Shown: piece after piece, positions 1-8,549 of the stretch
How the letters are laid out: each line of letters starts with the position of its first letter
Numbering within the stretch: the stretch's first letter is position 1
Made by a program: the position numbers and the translations under genes
IMG/VR virus record: IMGVR_UViG_3300012346_000372
Coordinates: 1-28,117 of that record
Length of the DNA: 28,117 nucleotides
Source: a virus
Lineage: Duplodnaviria > Caudoviricetes
Reading direction: 5' to 3' (one strand)
The notes under the pieces: generated by a model
Databases searched by the model: none
Seen by the model: only the letters and a program-made list of their open reading frames with translations
Told to the model about the DNA's origin: nothing

Positions 1-320
1 ACATTATCATAACCATCAATAGTTAAACATATCCTTGCATTTTGTCCGTCAATTATTCCTGCACCTAAAACATTATTACCCACTATTGTAACATCGCTAT
101 TTTGAACTAATAACAATTCGTTAAAAGTTCCACAAATGTTTAAAGTTTTGTTTTCTAATAAAGACCAATTAATAGATGAGAATCCACTCCACGCATTAGC
201 GTAAGAAGTACCACTACTATCACCATAAGTTGTGCCACTTGGTCTTACGAAATATTGAATTTCAGAAATACCCGAACTTTTAAAATTTTTATGTATTAAA
301 CTATTACCTAATCCTAACAT
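1..320 (-). CDS. Partial (3'-truncated by window) putative tailspike / parallel beta-helix protein
   Basis: Not in ORF track. ATG at 320 reads MLGLGNSLIHKNFKSSGISEIQYFVRPSGTTYGDSSGTSYANAWSGFSSINW...AGIIDGQNARICLTIDGYDN, open to the window edge. YFVRPSG..G.S.ANAW resembles the N-cap of pectate-lyase-like beta-helices. Confidence 0.6.
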   Translation of the reverse strand, partial: MLGLGNSLIHKNFKSSGISEIQYFVRPSGTTYGDSSGTSYANAWSGFSSINWSLLENKTLNICGTFNELLLVQNSDVTIVGNNVLGAGIIDGQNARICLTIDGYDN

Positions 321-322
321 AA

Positions 323-601
323 CTATCCTTTATAAGCAATTACTTTTCCGCTTGCTACTTGTAAATTAATAAATCTACCGTATATAATAGTTCCAGCTGT
401 TAACGATAAAGAAGTTATTGAAGTATCCCCAATTTCGCCAGTAGATTGATTAACTGTTAATGTAGCTGAAATTACAGCATCAGTTAAAACTTGAATTGCT
501 ACAAATTCCTCTCCAGTTGTTGCGTTTGTAGTTAGTACTCTTAAACCAAATTGACCGAAAGACGATTGATTTGTGTTTGCGTTGTAGTTGTAATCTTTCA
601 T
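323..601 (-). CDS. Small virion structural protein (hypothetical, beta-rich)
   Basis: 92 aa, Thr/Gly-rich, between two fibre-like genes. Confidence 0.5.
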   Translation of the reverse strand: MKDYNYNANTNQSSFGQFGLRVLTTNATTGEEFVAIQVLTDAVISATLTVNQSTGEIGDTSITSLSLTAGTIIYGRFINLQVASGKVIAYKG

Positions 602-617
602 TTTTTTTATTTTTATG

Positions 618-1697
618 TTAATTGTATAATCTAATTTCTAAAGCCGCTTTGTAAAGGATGTTATTTGATTTTAATCCGTCTGACATTGTTACTATTTGCA
701 CCTTTCCAGTTAAAGCATCTGCACTAACTATATTAATAGGATTTGCACCGCTTGAAAATTCGCTATATTTATTGCTTATAGTTACAAAACAATTACTTGT
801 TATTTCTGAATTTGCTATTTCGTAAACACCTTCAGAAACATACGAAAATATAAGAACGTCGTCAAATGTATCTTCTAAAATAGTAGCAGTTGGTGAATCT
901 GTTCCAACTTGAGTTATTATTGCTGAGTATATTTTATAAGGACGTACATCAACTATATTAATTGATTTTCTAATAATGCGAGTGTACCATCCGTTTACTT
1001 TTAAACTTCCAGAAGTGTCTGCTAAAACGTATAATTCCGCAGGTGCATTTTTAATATCTTCACTACCTAAATAAAACGGGATATTTGCTGTGACATTTTC
1101 ATTTGTGACAGCTGTTTTAAACTCTACTGCATCAATAAATTTCATAAATTCAGAAGGCGTTCCTATTCCAAATTTAATAAACATTTTTAAAGTCTTATTT
1201 GTTCCTGTTGTGGTTACATCTAAATCAATTCTTAAATCAATAGTATCACCAACATCCATCTGGCTAAAATCAAACTGATTTAATCCGTCATCCCAAACAT
1301 TAGTAACTCCGTAAGGTGCTTTGCTTAAATCTGTAAAAGCTCCTAAAGTATCATTTGTTAGTTTTGTTAAAACTCCAGAAGTAAAAGAAATAGGAGTTGT
1401 ATGCGTTTCCAAATCATTATGGTCAAAATATCCAACGCTCGCAAATAATTGTTCAGGCGCATCTACCAAATCATTAAAATTAATAGGTACGTTTACTTGC
1501 GCACCCGCTTCAATTCCAGCAAGTTTTGCCTTTTCATCATTTGTGAAATCATTTGTACTTAACGACTTGCCTGTAACCTTATCCACCTTAGTTGTATAAA
1601 GTTCAGTATTCATTGCGTTTTGATTTCCGAACGCTGTTCTTAATTCGTCACCATTTCCTGAGTTAGGAACGTCTATGTCGTGTATTATCTGTGCCAT
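618..1697 (-). CDS. Tail/head fibre-like structural protein
   Basis: N-terminal NSGNGDELRTAF..QN.MNTELY (T4 gp9/gp10-like anchor motif), then KVDKVTGKSLSTNDFT..EKAKLAGIEAGAQVNV, a segment common in phage fibres. Confidence 0.7.
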   Translation of the reverse strand: MAQIIHDIDVPNSGNGDELRTAFGNQNAMNTELYTTKVDKVTGKSLSTNDFTNDEKAKLAGIEAGAQVNVPINFNDLVDAPEQLFASVGYFDHNDLETHTTPISFTSGVLTKLTNDTLGAFTDLSKAPYGVTNVWDDGLNQFDFSQMDVGDTIDLRIDLDVTTTGTNKTLKMFIKFGIGTPSEFMKFIDAVEFKTAVTNENVTANIPFYLGSEDIKNAPAELYVLADTSGSLKVNGWYTRIIRKSINIVDVRPYKIYSAIITQVGTDSPTATILEDTFDDVLIFSYVSEGVYEIANSEITSNCFVTISNKYSEFSSGANPINIVSADALTGKVQIVTMSDGLKSNNILYKAALEIRLYN

Positions 1698-1698
1698 A

Positions 1699-2172
1699 TT
1701 AATACCAAGGAATTATATTTTTACTAACGTTTTCCTGTTTATATTCAGGGATGTTTTTATCCTTCATAAAAGTAATAAAATTTTGCTCTACATTTACACC
1801 TAATTGGTTGTATTTGTTCACTAAATTAGATAATTCTTTTAAATCCACATTACTTGCACCCTCTACACTTGTTTTATATACTCCATTGTTGGTAGTTTTA
1901 TAGCTACCAAAAGACATATAAAGACTACAACTAAAATAAGTCAGCATATCAATAACATAAATATCGAAAATATCTTTGTAGACACCTGTTAAAGTATCCG
2001 CCACATAGTCGGCATAAATTTTATTATATAAATCCAATCCTAAAACACGCACGATTTCAGTTGTTTGAGCTATGTAAATATGCGGTTTAAGGCTGTCGAC
2101 ATCTATATTCCCACTAAAAGCTGTTAAAGTGGGAATATCTGTATCTTTTAAAAATAGTTTTACTTGTATCAT
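1699..2172 (-). CDS. Putative head-tail adaptor/connector
   Basis: 157 aa, directly downstream of and overlapping the portal stop (ATGA-type coupling); helical; position-based call. Confidence 0.55.
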   Translation of the reverse strand: MIQVKLFLKDTDIPTLTAFSGNIDVDSLKPHIYIAQTTEIVRVLGLDLYNKIYADYVADTLTGVYKDIFDIYVIDMLTYFSCSLYMSFGSYKTTNNGVYKTSVEGASNVDLKELSNLVNKYNQLGVNVEQNFITFMKDKNIPEYKQENVSKNIIPWY

Positions 2173-3293
2173 TGCTCTACTGTATCTAAATTATCTTCAC
2201 TTTCAAAGTCTTTCACGTCCAATTTTATAGATGGATCAATTAATTTGAAAACACTACCCAGCGCATTTAATATAACTTTTCTGCTGGGATTTATGTGCTT
2301 TCTATATACTTCTTTAAGTGTTATTTCTCTCTCATCGGCATTGCTTGAAAATCCGCTACCTGTACTTTGACTTTCAAATAGTATCTTTGGTGCCGAGTGT
2401 GCAACAATCAATTTTCTTTCAGCTTCTTCTGCATAAAATACATTTTGATTATTCAACTCAGGCGGCGCAACTCTGTCAATAGTTGTCGAACCCTCTGCAC
2501 CGTCATTCATTGATACGATTACCGTACTTGTTTTATCAGTTCCGCAAACTTGTTCACGTCTTTTTTTAGCTTCTTCCTTTGCCGCTTCTTCACTGCCTAT
2601 AAATCCACCGTTGTAATTGATAACGGTAATTTCAGGCAAGTAGTTTATAAAATGTTTAATTGCTGAGTTTGCAAGTTCGCCCTCAACTTCCGCCCATGGA
2701 ATCCCGCTAAAATAATCTGGAATAGGAAAAAACGGCTCTGTCGTCGCTTTTCTAAAATATAAAATTTCAAGTCCGTTGCCTTTGTATGTTCCTGTAAATT
2801 TAGGGTATAATTTAGGAATATATTTACTTCGATTTTTCCAATCGTATGAATACCAATAACCATCAACCGCATAGTTTTGATTTTCGTTGTAATTGATACC
2901 TAATTTATAAATCGGAATATATTCTATTTTTAAAGGTTCGTTTGCTTCGCTCCAAATAACCTGAGCCGATGCTCCACCAAACTTTTTATAATCGTGGCAA
3001 ATCATTTCAAAATCTTCATCACTAATAATATGTGAAATATCTTGCCCATTCAAATCGATAAGTCCTTCCCCTTGTATATAACTTACAAATGAATTTATAA
3101 TACTTGAGTTTGTAGGGCTATCATCGTAAGCGTCAATGTATCTTTGAAAGTTTTTATTATTGTCACCATTCAAAATCCACTCACGACCATAGGCTGGTTG
3201 TATATTTATCGGTTGGTGTTTCGAGAATTGAAATTCTGAACCAAACGTAAAAGTTTTAGATGTATCTTGAGTTTGTTTGTTGTTTGTATTCAT
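2169..3293 (-). CDS. Portal protein
   Basis: W..NGDNN...Y..SPTN..II, D...FGG...QVIW, FFPIPDY, I..AH motifs typical of Bacteroidota phage portals. Confidence 0.8.
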   Translation of the reverse strand: MNTNNKQTQDTSKTFTFGSEFQFSKHQPINIQPAYGREWILNGDNNKNFQRYIDAYDDSPTNSSIINSFVSYIQGEGLIDLNGQDISHIISDEDFEMICHDYKKFGGASAQVIWSEANEPLKIEYIPIYKLGINYNENQNYAVDGYWYSYDWKNRSKYIPKLYPKFTGTYKGNGLEILYFRKATTEPFFPIPDYFSGIPWAEVEGELANSAIKHFINYLPEITVINYNGGFIGSEEAAKEEAKKRREQVCGTDKTSTVIVSMNDGAEGSTTIDRVAPPELNNQNVFYAEEAERKLIVAHSAPKILFESQSTGSGFSSNADEREITLKEVYRKHINPSRKVILNALGSVFKLIDPSIKLDVKDFESEDNLDTVEQ

Positions 3294-3579
3294 AGTTTTG
3301 TATATCTGTTCCCGATTTAAGAATTATTAATTTTCCTAAATAGATTATTTTTTCATCATTCAAAATTGTAACCTCATACTTTTGATTTTCAGCAAAAGTT
3401 TCAGGTTGTTCCGTAATGGTTATTTCTAATTTTTGCCCAACTTCAAAAGTAATTTCAGGCGTTATAATTTCGTCTGTAAATTCGTTGCGTAAAGTTAGTG
3501 AAATATTGTCAATTTCAAGCGGGTATTCTCGAGGAATTACACTAAAAATTAAAGGGTCATTTAAAAAAAGTACTTTCAT
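3256..3579 (-). CDS. Hypothetical structural/head-completion protein
   Basis: 107 aa ORF between tail tube and portal; overlaps the portal start by 38 nt. Confidence 0.5.
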   Translation of the reverse strand: MKVLFLNDPLIFSVIPREYPLEIDNISLTLRNEFTDEIITPEITFEVGQKLEITITEQPETFAENQKYEVTILNDEKIIYLGKLIILKSGTDIQNYEYKQQTNSRYI

Positions 3580-3593
3580 TTTTTAAAATTTAT

Positions 3594-3626
3594 AAAAAAA
3601 GCCGTGACAATTAGTCACGACTTTTT
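3594..3626 (-). terminator. Intrinsic terminator after major tail protein
   Basis: Minus strand GTCGTGAC-TAATT-GTCACGGC followed by T7. Confidence 0.8.
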
Positions 3627-3644
3627 AATTAACTAACTCAAATA

Positions 3645-4196
3645 CTAATAAGACATTAAAGCGGTTGCATAGCTTGTTAAAGCATCGCCACTTAATACAT
3701 ATCCTTTTGAAAAATCAGGCTCCATGGTTTGAATATTTACTGTATATCCAACTAAATCACCAATAGTTGCACCAGTATCGCCATCAGCAGTCGTTACAAC
3801 CGCACCATTTTGAGAACCGATAACTACGATTTTACCATTTTTCAATTCTAAGAAAGCGACAAATTCGCCTTTCATAATTTCCTCTACCATTTTAGTGGTT
3901 TCAACCTCTCCATTCTCAGGAATATTGAAAATACAAGAAATATTACCCGTTACGCCTGTACTTCTGTTATCACCGCCTGAGATACCATTTTCTAAAAATT
4001 TAGTAGTAGTATTTTTCAACTCTAAACGCGCAATACTTCCAGCATCATAGATAGATGGTAAAGTTGTTACACCAGTTGAACCTTTTACAACAAGGTTTAA
4101 AGCATCATACGGAGCTATTCCAATAGCCTTAACACCCGCTTGCTTAGACATACAAGCTAATTTTCTACTTTTTGTTAATACAACACAATCTGCCAT
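3645..4196 (-). CDS. Major tail (tube) protein
   Basis: 183 aa directly after the capsid gene. C.L.KSRKL.C....GVKAI N-terminus and G..NG......TG...GD..GYT..I...EP C-terminus as in Bacteroidota siphovirus tube proteins. Confidence 0.7.
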   Translation of the reverse strand: MADCVVLTKSRKLACMSKQAGVKAIGIAPYDALNLVVKGSTGVTTLPSIYDAGSIARLELKNTTTKFLENGISGGDNRSTGVTGNISCIFNIPENGEVETTKMVEEIMKGEFVAFLELKNGKIVVIGSQNGAVVTTADGDTGATIGDLVGYTVNIQTMEPDFSKGYVLSGDALTSYATALMSY

Positions 4197-4210
4197 ATAT
4201 ATAATTTTTT

Positions 4211-4234
4211 AAAAGGGAGTTTTGACGCTCCCTT
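4211..4234 (-). terminator. Hairpin/weak terminator after capsid gene
   Basis: Minus strand AAGGGAG-CGTCAAAA-CTCCCTT-TT. Confidence 0.55.
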
Positions 4235-4241
4235 GTTAATA

Positions 4242-5264
4242 CTATCCTACGTAAAGTACATTGAATTTTTGGTTAGCAACATGCGCCCCAATAGATGCAA
4301 CAGACTTAATAAACATTTTCTCTTGGTTGTTTGCAATCTTGTCAACTTTTAAAGTGTTAACATCAGCTTGTAAATCAGTTAACCAGAAAATGTGTGATTT
4401 TCTTGCACAAATAACAACTTTCTCAGGAGTTGGAACGAACTCGATTTTTAAACCATTGTAGTAAAATTCAGTTGCTGAATCATTTACATTGAAAGGTTTT
4501 GAAAAATCAGCAGTCACGTTGTTTGCCATGATGATCATTTGTTTGTGTGACTTCGGAGCGAAGATAACAGGTAATTCTGTTTGTGCTAAAACGTCTGCAG
4601 GAATAGCAGCATAGATTTTGTCATACTCAGCTTTAATGTTAGATGAAGTAATAGTTGTTCCAGCTACTTTCACACGACCACCAACGCCAGCCGTAGCCGT
4701 TGCATTAGATGAATTGTAAATCATTTTAGTAATAACACCATCAATTTGTGATGCTGTTAAAGCCGCTACTAAAGTTTTTTCCGCAGCTCCAACTGATGTT
4801 TGTCCTGTACCAGCTGTTAACGCTGCTACTGCTGTTTGAGTTGCTGAGGTTGCACCATTCCAAAATTCTTTTTCTAATTGTAAAGAAATTTTCTTTGCAT
4901 AGATACCACCAACTACTACTCTTTCAAATTCGCTTGACATTGAATTCCACGCACCCGCTGGCATATCTCTTTTGAATCTTGAATAACGTAATGTTTCAGG
5001 GTCGAACTCATTGTACGTCATTACTTTTGCTGGAGAAACCTCTACATCAAAAGCTGATAAGTCACCGCTTGAAGTTGGTTCACCTGAAATATACGCTTGT
5101 AATGTCGCTGTTGCCGATGCTTCTGTGAAAATTGTTTCCGCTTTTACATCGTCTTCAAAAGTTACTAATGCTTTTGCAATTGTTTCATTTTCGAATAATA
5201 ATTCTTCGATAATAGGTTCAGCTGCTACTCCCTTAATGTTAACTACATTGTAAGTTATTGCCAT
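4242..5264 (-). CDS. Major capsid protein
   Basis: 340 aa after protease/scaffold; LEKEFWNG and IDG motifs; followed by a hairpin. Confidence 0.8.
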   Translation of the reverse strand: MAITYNVVNIKGVAAEPIIEELLFENETIAKALVTFEDDVKAETIFTEASATATLQAYISGEPTSSGDLSAFDVEVSPAKVMTYNEFDPETLRYSRFKRDMPAGAWNSMSSEFERVVVGGIYAKKISLQLEKEFWNGATSATQTAVAALTAGTGQTSVGAAEKTLVAALTASQIDGVITKMIYNSSNATATAGVGGRVKVAGTTITSSNIKAEYDKIYAAIPADVLAQTELPVIFAPKSHKQMIIMANNVTADFSKPFNVNDSATEFYYNGLKIEFVPTPEKVVICARKSHIFWLTDLQADVNTLKVDKIANNQEKMFIKSVASIGAHVANQKFNVLYVG

Positions 5265-5275
5265 TTTTTTTTGTT

Positions 5276-6226
5276 TTATTTGTTAATTTCTTTTTTAAAT
5301 CTGTACTGCTCTAAAGGCGTCATGTCTTTAAAGTCTTTTTTAAATTCTACTTTTGGAGTAGTTTGAATTGCTTCGGCTTTTGGAGTTTGTTTTTTCATTG
5401 TTTCCAAATCCGTTTCCGCTTTTACTTTCTCGGCTTCCATGTCCGCTAACTTAGTTTTAAGTTCCGCTACTTCAGCTTTTAAATCTTCGTTTTCAGTTTT
5501 CAAAGCTTCTGAATCTTCCGCTTTTGGTTCTTCTGCTGGTGGCGTTTCTTCCTCCATTTCTTCAACAGTTTTTTCTTCTGCTGGCATTTCTTCATTTGGC
5601 TCTTCTACCTCAACTTCAATTTCGCTTGCAAAAACGTTTTTGATAGCATCGATAACAAGTTCCAATTTTGTTGGTTTACTCATATTAATTTCTGTTTTAA
5701 AATTACTCTCTTTTAATTGGGTGTCTAAACGTGCTTCGATTGAAAGTCCGTCTAAATTTCCATTTTTGCACTCGTTCCATACCTCATCGTTTTCAACTTT
5801 AAAAGCCATAACTAAACTACCATTTTCCGCTTGCATACCCATAGCATTGCTTTTGTCGTTTGTTGAATCTTTTACAATCCAACTTTCAAAAGGGAAAACG
5901 CCTGTTGTGTCTTTTTCGTTGTGGTTAATATTTACAGCTTTATTGGATGCGGTTCTAAAATAATGTTGTTGAAAACGCTCTATACTTTCAGTTGTGAAAT
6001 ATCCCATTGCTGGCTCTCCGTTGATATCTTTACGGAAAATCATTTTGTTTGGAATCATAGCCACGCAATAGATTTCACGCTTATCTTCATTAGCGAAGTA
6101 CATCGGTTTGTCTTGTTCTTCTTTTGCAAAAGCCATCAACTTAGTTTCAACTGCAGCATCTTTCACTACGCTAACTTTTAAGAAATCGTTTTTACTTTCG
6201 TCAAATATAAATTCGTATACTTTCAT
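5276..6226 (-). CDS. Prohead protease (XkdF-like) fused to acidic scaffold
   Basis: AMIPNKMIFR, NINH, FESWIV, VWNECKNGNLDGLSIEA protease motifs; C-terminal Glu-rich coiled coil. Confidence 0.8.
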   Translation of the reverse strand: MKVYEFIFDESKNDFLKVSVVKDAAVETKLMAFAKEEQDKPMYFANEDKREIYCVAMIPNKMIFRKDINGEPAMGYFTTESIERFQQHYFRTASNKAVNINHNEKDTTGVFPFESWIVKDSTNDKSNAMGMQAENGSLVMAFKVENDEVWNECKNGNLDGLSIEARLDTQLKESNFKTEINMSKPTKLELVIDAIKNVFASEIEVEVEEPNEEMPAEEKTVEEMEEETPPAEEPKAEDSEALKTENEDLKAEVAELKTKLADMEAEKVKAETDLETMKKQTPKAEAIQTTPKVEFKKDFKDMTPLEQYRFKKEINK

Positions 6227-6236
6227 AATTTCGCAT

Positions 6237-6340
6237 AAAAAAAGGCACTCACTAAGTTAATAGCGAGTACCTTTGTTGTAAATCAAACTTAAAACATGGG
6301 TGCTGTACATCTTCATACAGTTAAATTTTCATCAAATATA
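6237..6340 (-). promoter_or_regulatory. Promoter (-7 TATATTTG at 6333-6340) and structured leader with terminator-like hairpin (6241-6274)
   Basis: Bacteroidota TAnnTTTG box; 14-bp stem with two G-U pairs that work only on the minus strand, then a U tract 10 nt before the ATG. Confidence 0.6.
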
Positions 6341-6370
6341 ATCATTATTTTTATTAATTCCAAATAAAAA

Positions 6371-8545
6371 CTAAAAAGAATTACTTGCAATTCTATTTCT
6401 ATCTAATGTTTGCGAGTTTGTAACTTCCGTACTTACTACATATGCTTGAATTGGTGGCGTTCCTTGTTGCGCCGTTGCTACGCTTGTTGCTATCTGATTT
6501 TCACTACTGCTTTGAAATCCTACTTGCGGCGCACTTCCACCGCTTGGCATAGCTGCTGTTTGTGAACCTCCACCTCCTGCACTACCACCACCTACTGCTG
6601 ATAATGCTTTTGCAGTTGCTGCAATTGAACTCGCTACACCTATACCAGTAGTGATGTTATTTAAAGCGATTACAGGTGCTGCACTTGCCCCACTTGACGC
6701 AATCGCTTGCGGTGTTGCTAATGCTCCAATATTTGCACGATTATTATCGATAATCATTTTACCAATACCAACCGCATTTTCAGCTATAATAGCCGCTTTT
6801 TGTACGGCTTTACTTTTACCAAAAACAGACGCAAGTAATTGTATACCCTTTTCGGCAATATTTATTTTTGCGTCTTCAATTTGTTTTTTCTGCTCTAATA
6901 AGGCATTGTCTATTTCTAATTGCTTGTCTGCATTTTTTTTATCTGTTTCAGCTTTTTTTTCTGCGGCTTCTTTATCTTTCTCGGCTTGCTCTTCCGCTCT
7001 TTTATTTTTTAAATCTTGCTCTAGTAATTTATACTTTTCTTCATTTAAAATTAAAAGATTAGAAACATCAGCCCCTTTTTTTCTTAGCAATTCAATAGAT
7101 TCTAAATCCCTTTCTTTTTGGCGTGCAAGTTTTTGCTCCTCTGACTTATCTTGAATATCTTGAATTGTTTTTGTATAATTCGTTTCAGCGTCTAAAAGCG
7201 ATTTCTTTAAATCTTCTAAACGTTTCTTTTCATCTTCATCGGCTTTTTTTCTTTGCTCAGCTCTTTTCTTTTGCGCTTCTTGTTGCTTTTCTAGAATAGC
7301 CTTTTCTTTGTCCGTTTCTTCTTGTACAATTTCAACTCTATGATTCAATGCCATTTGTTTACGCTCTTTTAAAGATGCATTGTAGACAGCATTTTGGTCT
7401 TTATACAATTCAGTAGCTTTCTTTGCTGTTTCCTTTTGTGCGTCCGTTGCGTCTTCAAGACCTGCAATTCTTTGAGCTTCTAAATATATAGAATATGCCT
7501 TAACAGCGTTCAAACGTTTCTCAGCAACTTCTTGATTAATTAACTCCTCTTTTAATTTACGAACTTCAACTGAACTTTTCCCCTGAGCCTTTGCCATTTC
7601 AACAGCATAATCATTTGCCATTTCCATTTGCTCATTGGACTTTTCCGTAGCCTTAGCCATGTCGTCAATTTCCTTTGATAGCTTTTTGTTAGCTTGCTCC
7701 GCTTTTGCAGCCGAACCATCGAAGTCACCAAACGCACCCGTTAAATATCCAATACCAGCCACTAAACCCCCAATCCCTACAATAAGTAAAGTTATCGGAG
7801 CTGTTAATATAGCTAAAGACGCATTGAATAGATTAGTAGCTATTGTTGCCCCTGTTGTCGCAATAGTTTGAATTGTTGTAGCTCCTGTTAGCACACCTGT
7901 TGCAACCGCACCGCCCTCAGTAACCGCTATATTTTTAGCCTTTGACGCTGTATTAATTTCGGTAGTTGCGGTATCGGTAACTTTTGCAGTAGATAACGCT
8001 GTAAACGTGCTTACTACTTGTGCTTTCAACTTTGCGAAGTCGTCACCCATTTCAGTTATACGCCCAATTGAATCACTGAAAGCCATTGCAGCCTGCACTT
8101 TTAAAAGTGCCTTTTCAGTATCTTCACTTTCGGCACCAAACAAAGCCATACCGGATGTTATTCCGCTTGCCGCTACTGCTGCTGTATTTACAGCGGTTGC
8201 CATACTTTGAAATTTTCTGTCAGGATTGAACCCATCTACCAAATCATTAGCGAATCCCATTTGGTCTTTTAACTCCGCTACTTTTTTAGCAGCGTTGACC
8301 GCTTCTTTTGAAGTATCTCCATAAGTCTGCGACATTTTTAGCAAGTCCTGAGTAGCTTCTCGGATTTGCGTTTTCATCGACTTATACGCTTGCTCTTCTT
8401 TTTTATTGACTTCTATACCTTGCTTCTTTTCAGCATTTACAGCTTCATAACTTGAATTTAAGCTATCAACATCTTTAGCCGCTTTTTGTGCGTTGGTTTG
8501 GTAATTTAGAATTATATTTTGTTCAATGTCTCTTTCTTCTGCCAT
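6371..8545 (-). CDS. Tape measure protein
   Basis: 724 aa, Ala/Lys/Glu-rich helical; hydrophobic segments; C-terminal IQAYVVSTEVTNSQTLDRNR. Confidence 0.85.
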   Translation of the reverse strand: MAEERDIEQNIILNYQTNAQKAAKDVDSLNSSYEAVNAEKKQGIEVNKKEEQAYKSMKTQIREATQDLLKMSQTYGDTSKEAVNAAKKVAELKDQMGFANDLVDGFNPDRKFQSMATAVNTAAVAASGITSGMALFGAESEDTEKALLKVQAAMAFSDSIGRITEMGDDFAKLKAQVVSTFTALSTAKVTDTATTEINTASKAKNIAVTEGGAVATGVLTGATTIQTIATTGATIATNLFNASLAILTAPITLLIVGIGGLVAGIGYLTGAFGDFDGSAAKAEQANKKLSKEIDDMAKATEKSNEQMEMANDYAVEMAKAQGKSSVEVRKLKEELINQEVAEKRLNAVKAYSIYLEAQRIAGLEDATDAQKETAKKATELYKDQNAVYNASLKERKQMALNHRVEIVQEETDKEKAILEKQQEAQKKRAEQRKKADEDEKKRLEDLKKSLLDAETNYTKTIQDIQDKSEEQKLARQKERDLESIELLRKKGADVSNLLILNEEKYKLLEQDLKNKRAEEQAEKDKEAAEKKAETDKKNADKQLEIDNALLEQKKQIEDAKINIAEKGIQLLASVFGKSKAVQKAAIIAENAVGIGKMIIDNNRANIGALATPQAIASSGASAAPVIALNNITTGIGVASSIAATAKALSAVGGGSAGGGGSQTAAMPSGGSAPQVGFQSSSENQIATSVATAQQGTPPIQAYVVSTEVTNSQTLDRNRIASNSF

Positions 8546-8549
8546 AATA

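Noticed and set aside
6202-6209. Extra TATATTTG box inside the protease gene
   Set aside because: Intragenic; shows that the 8-mer arises by chance in AT-rich DNA, so only intergenic copies were called
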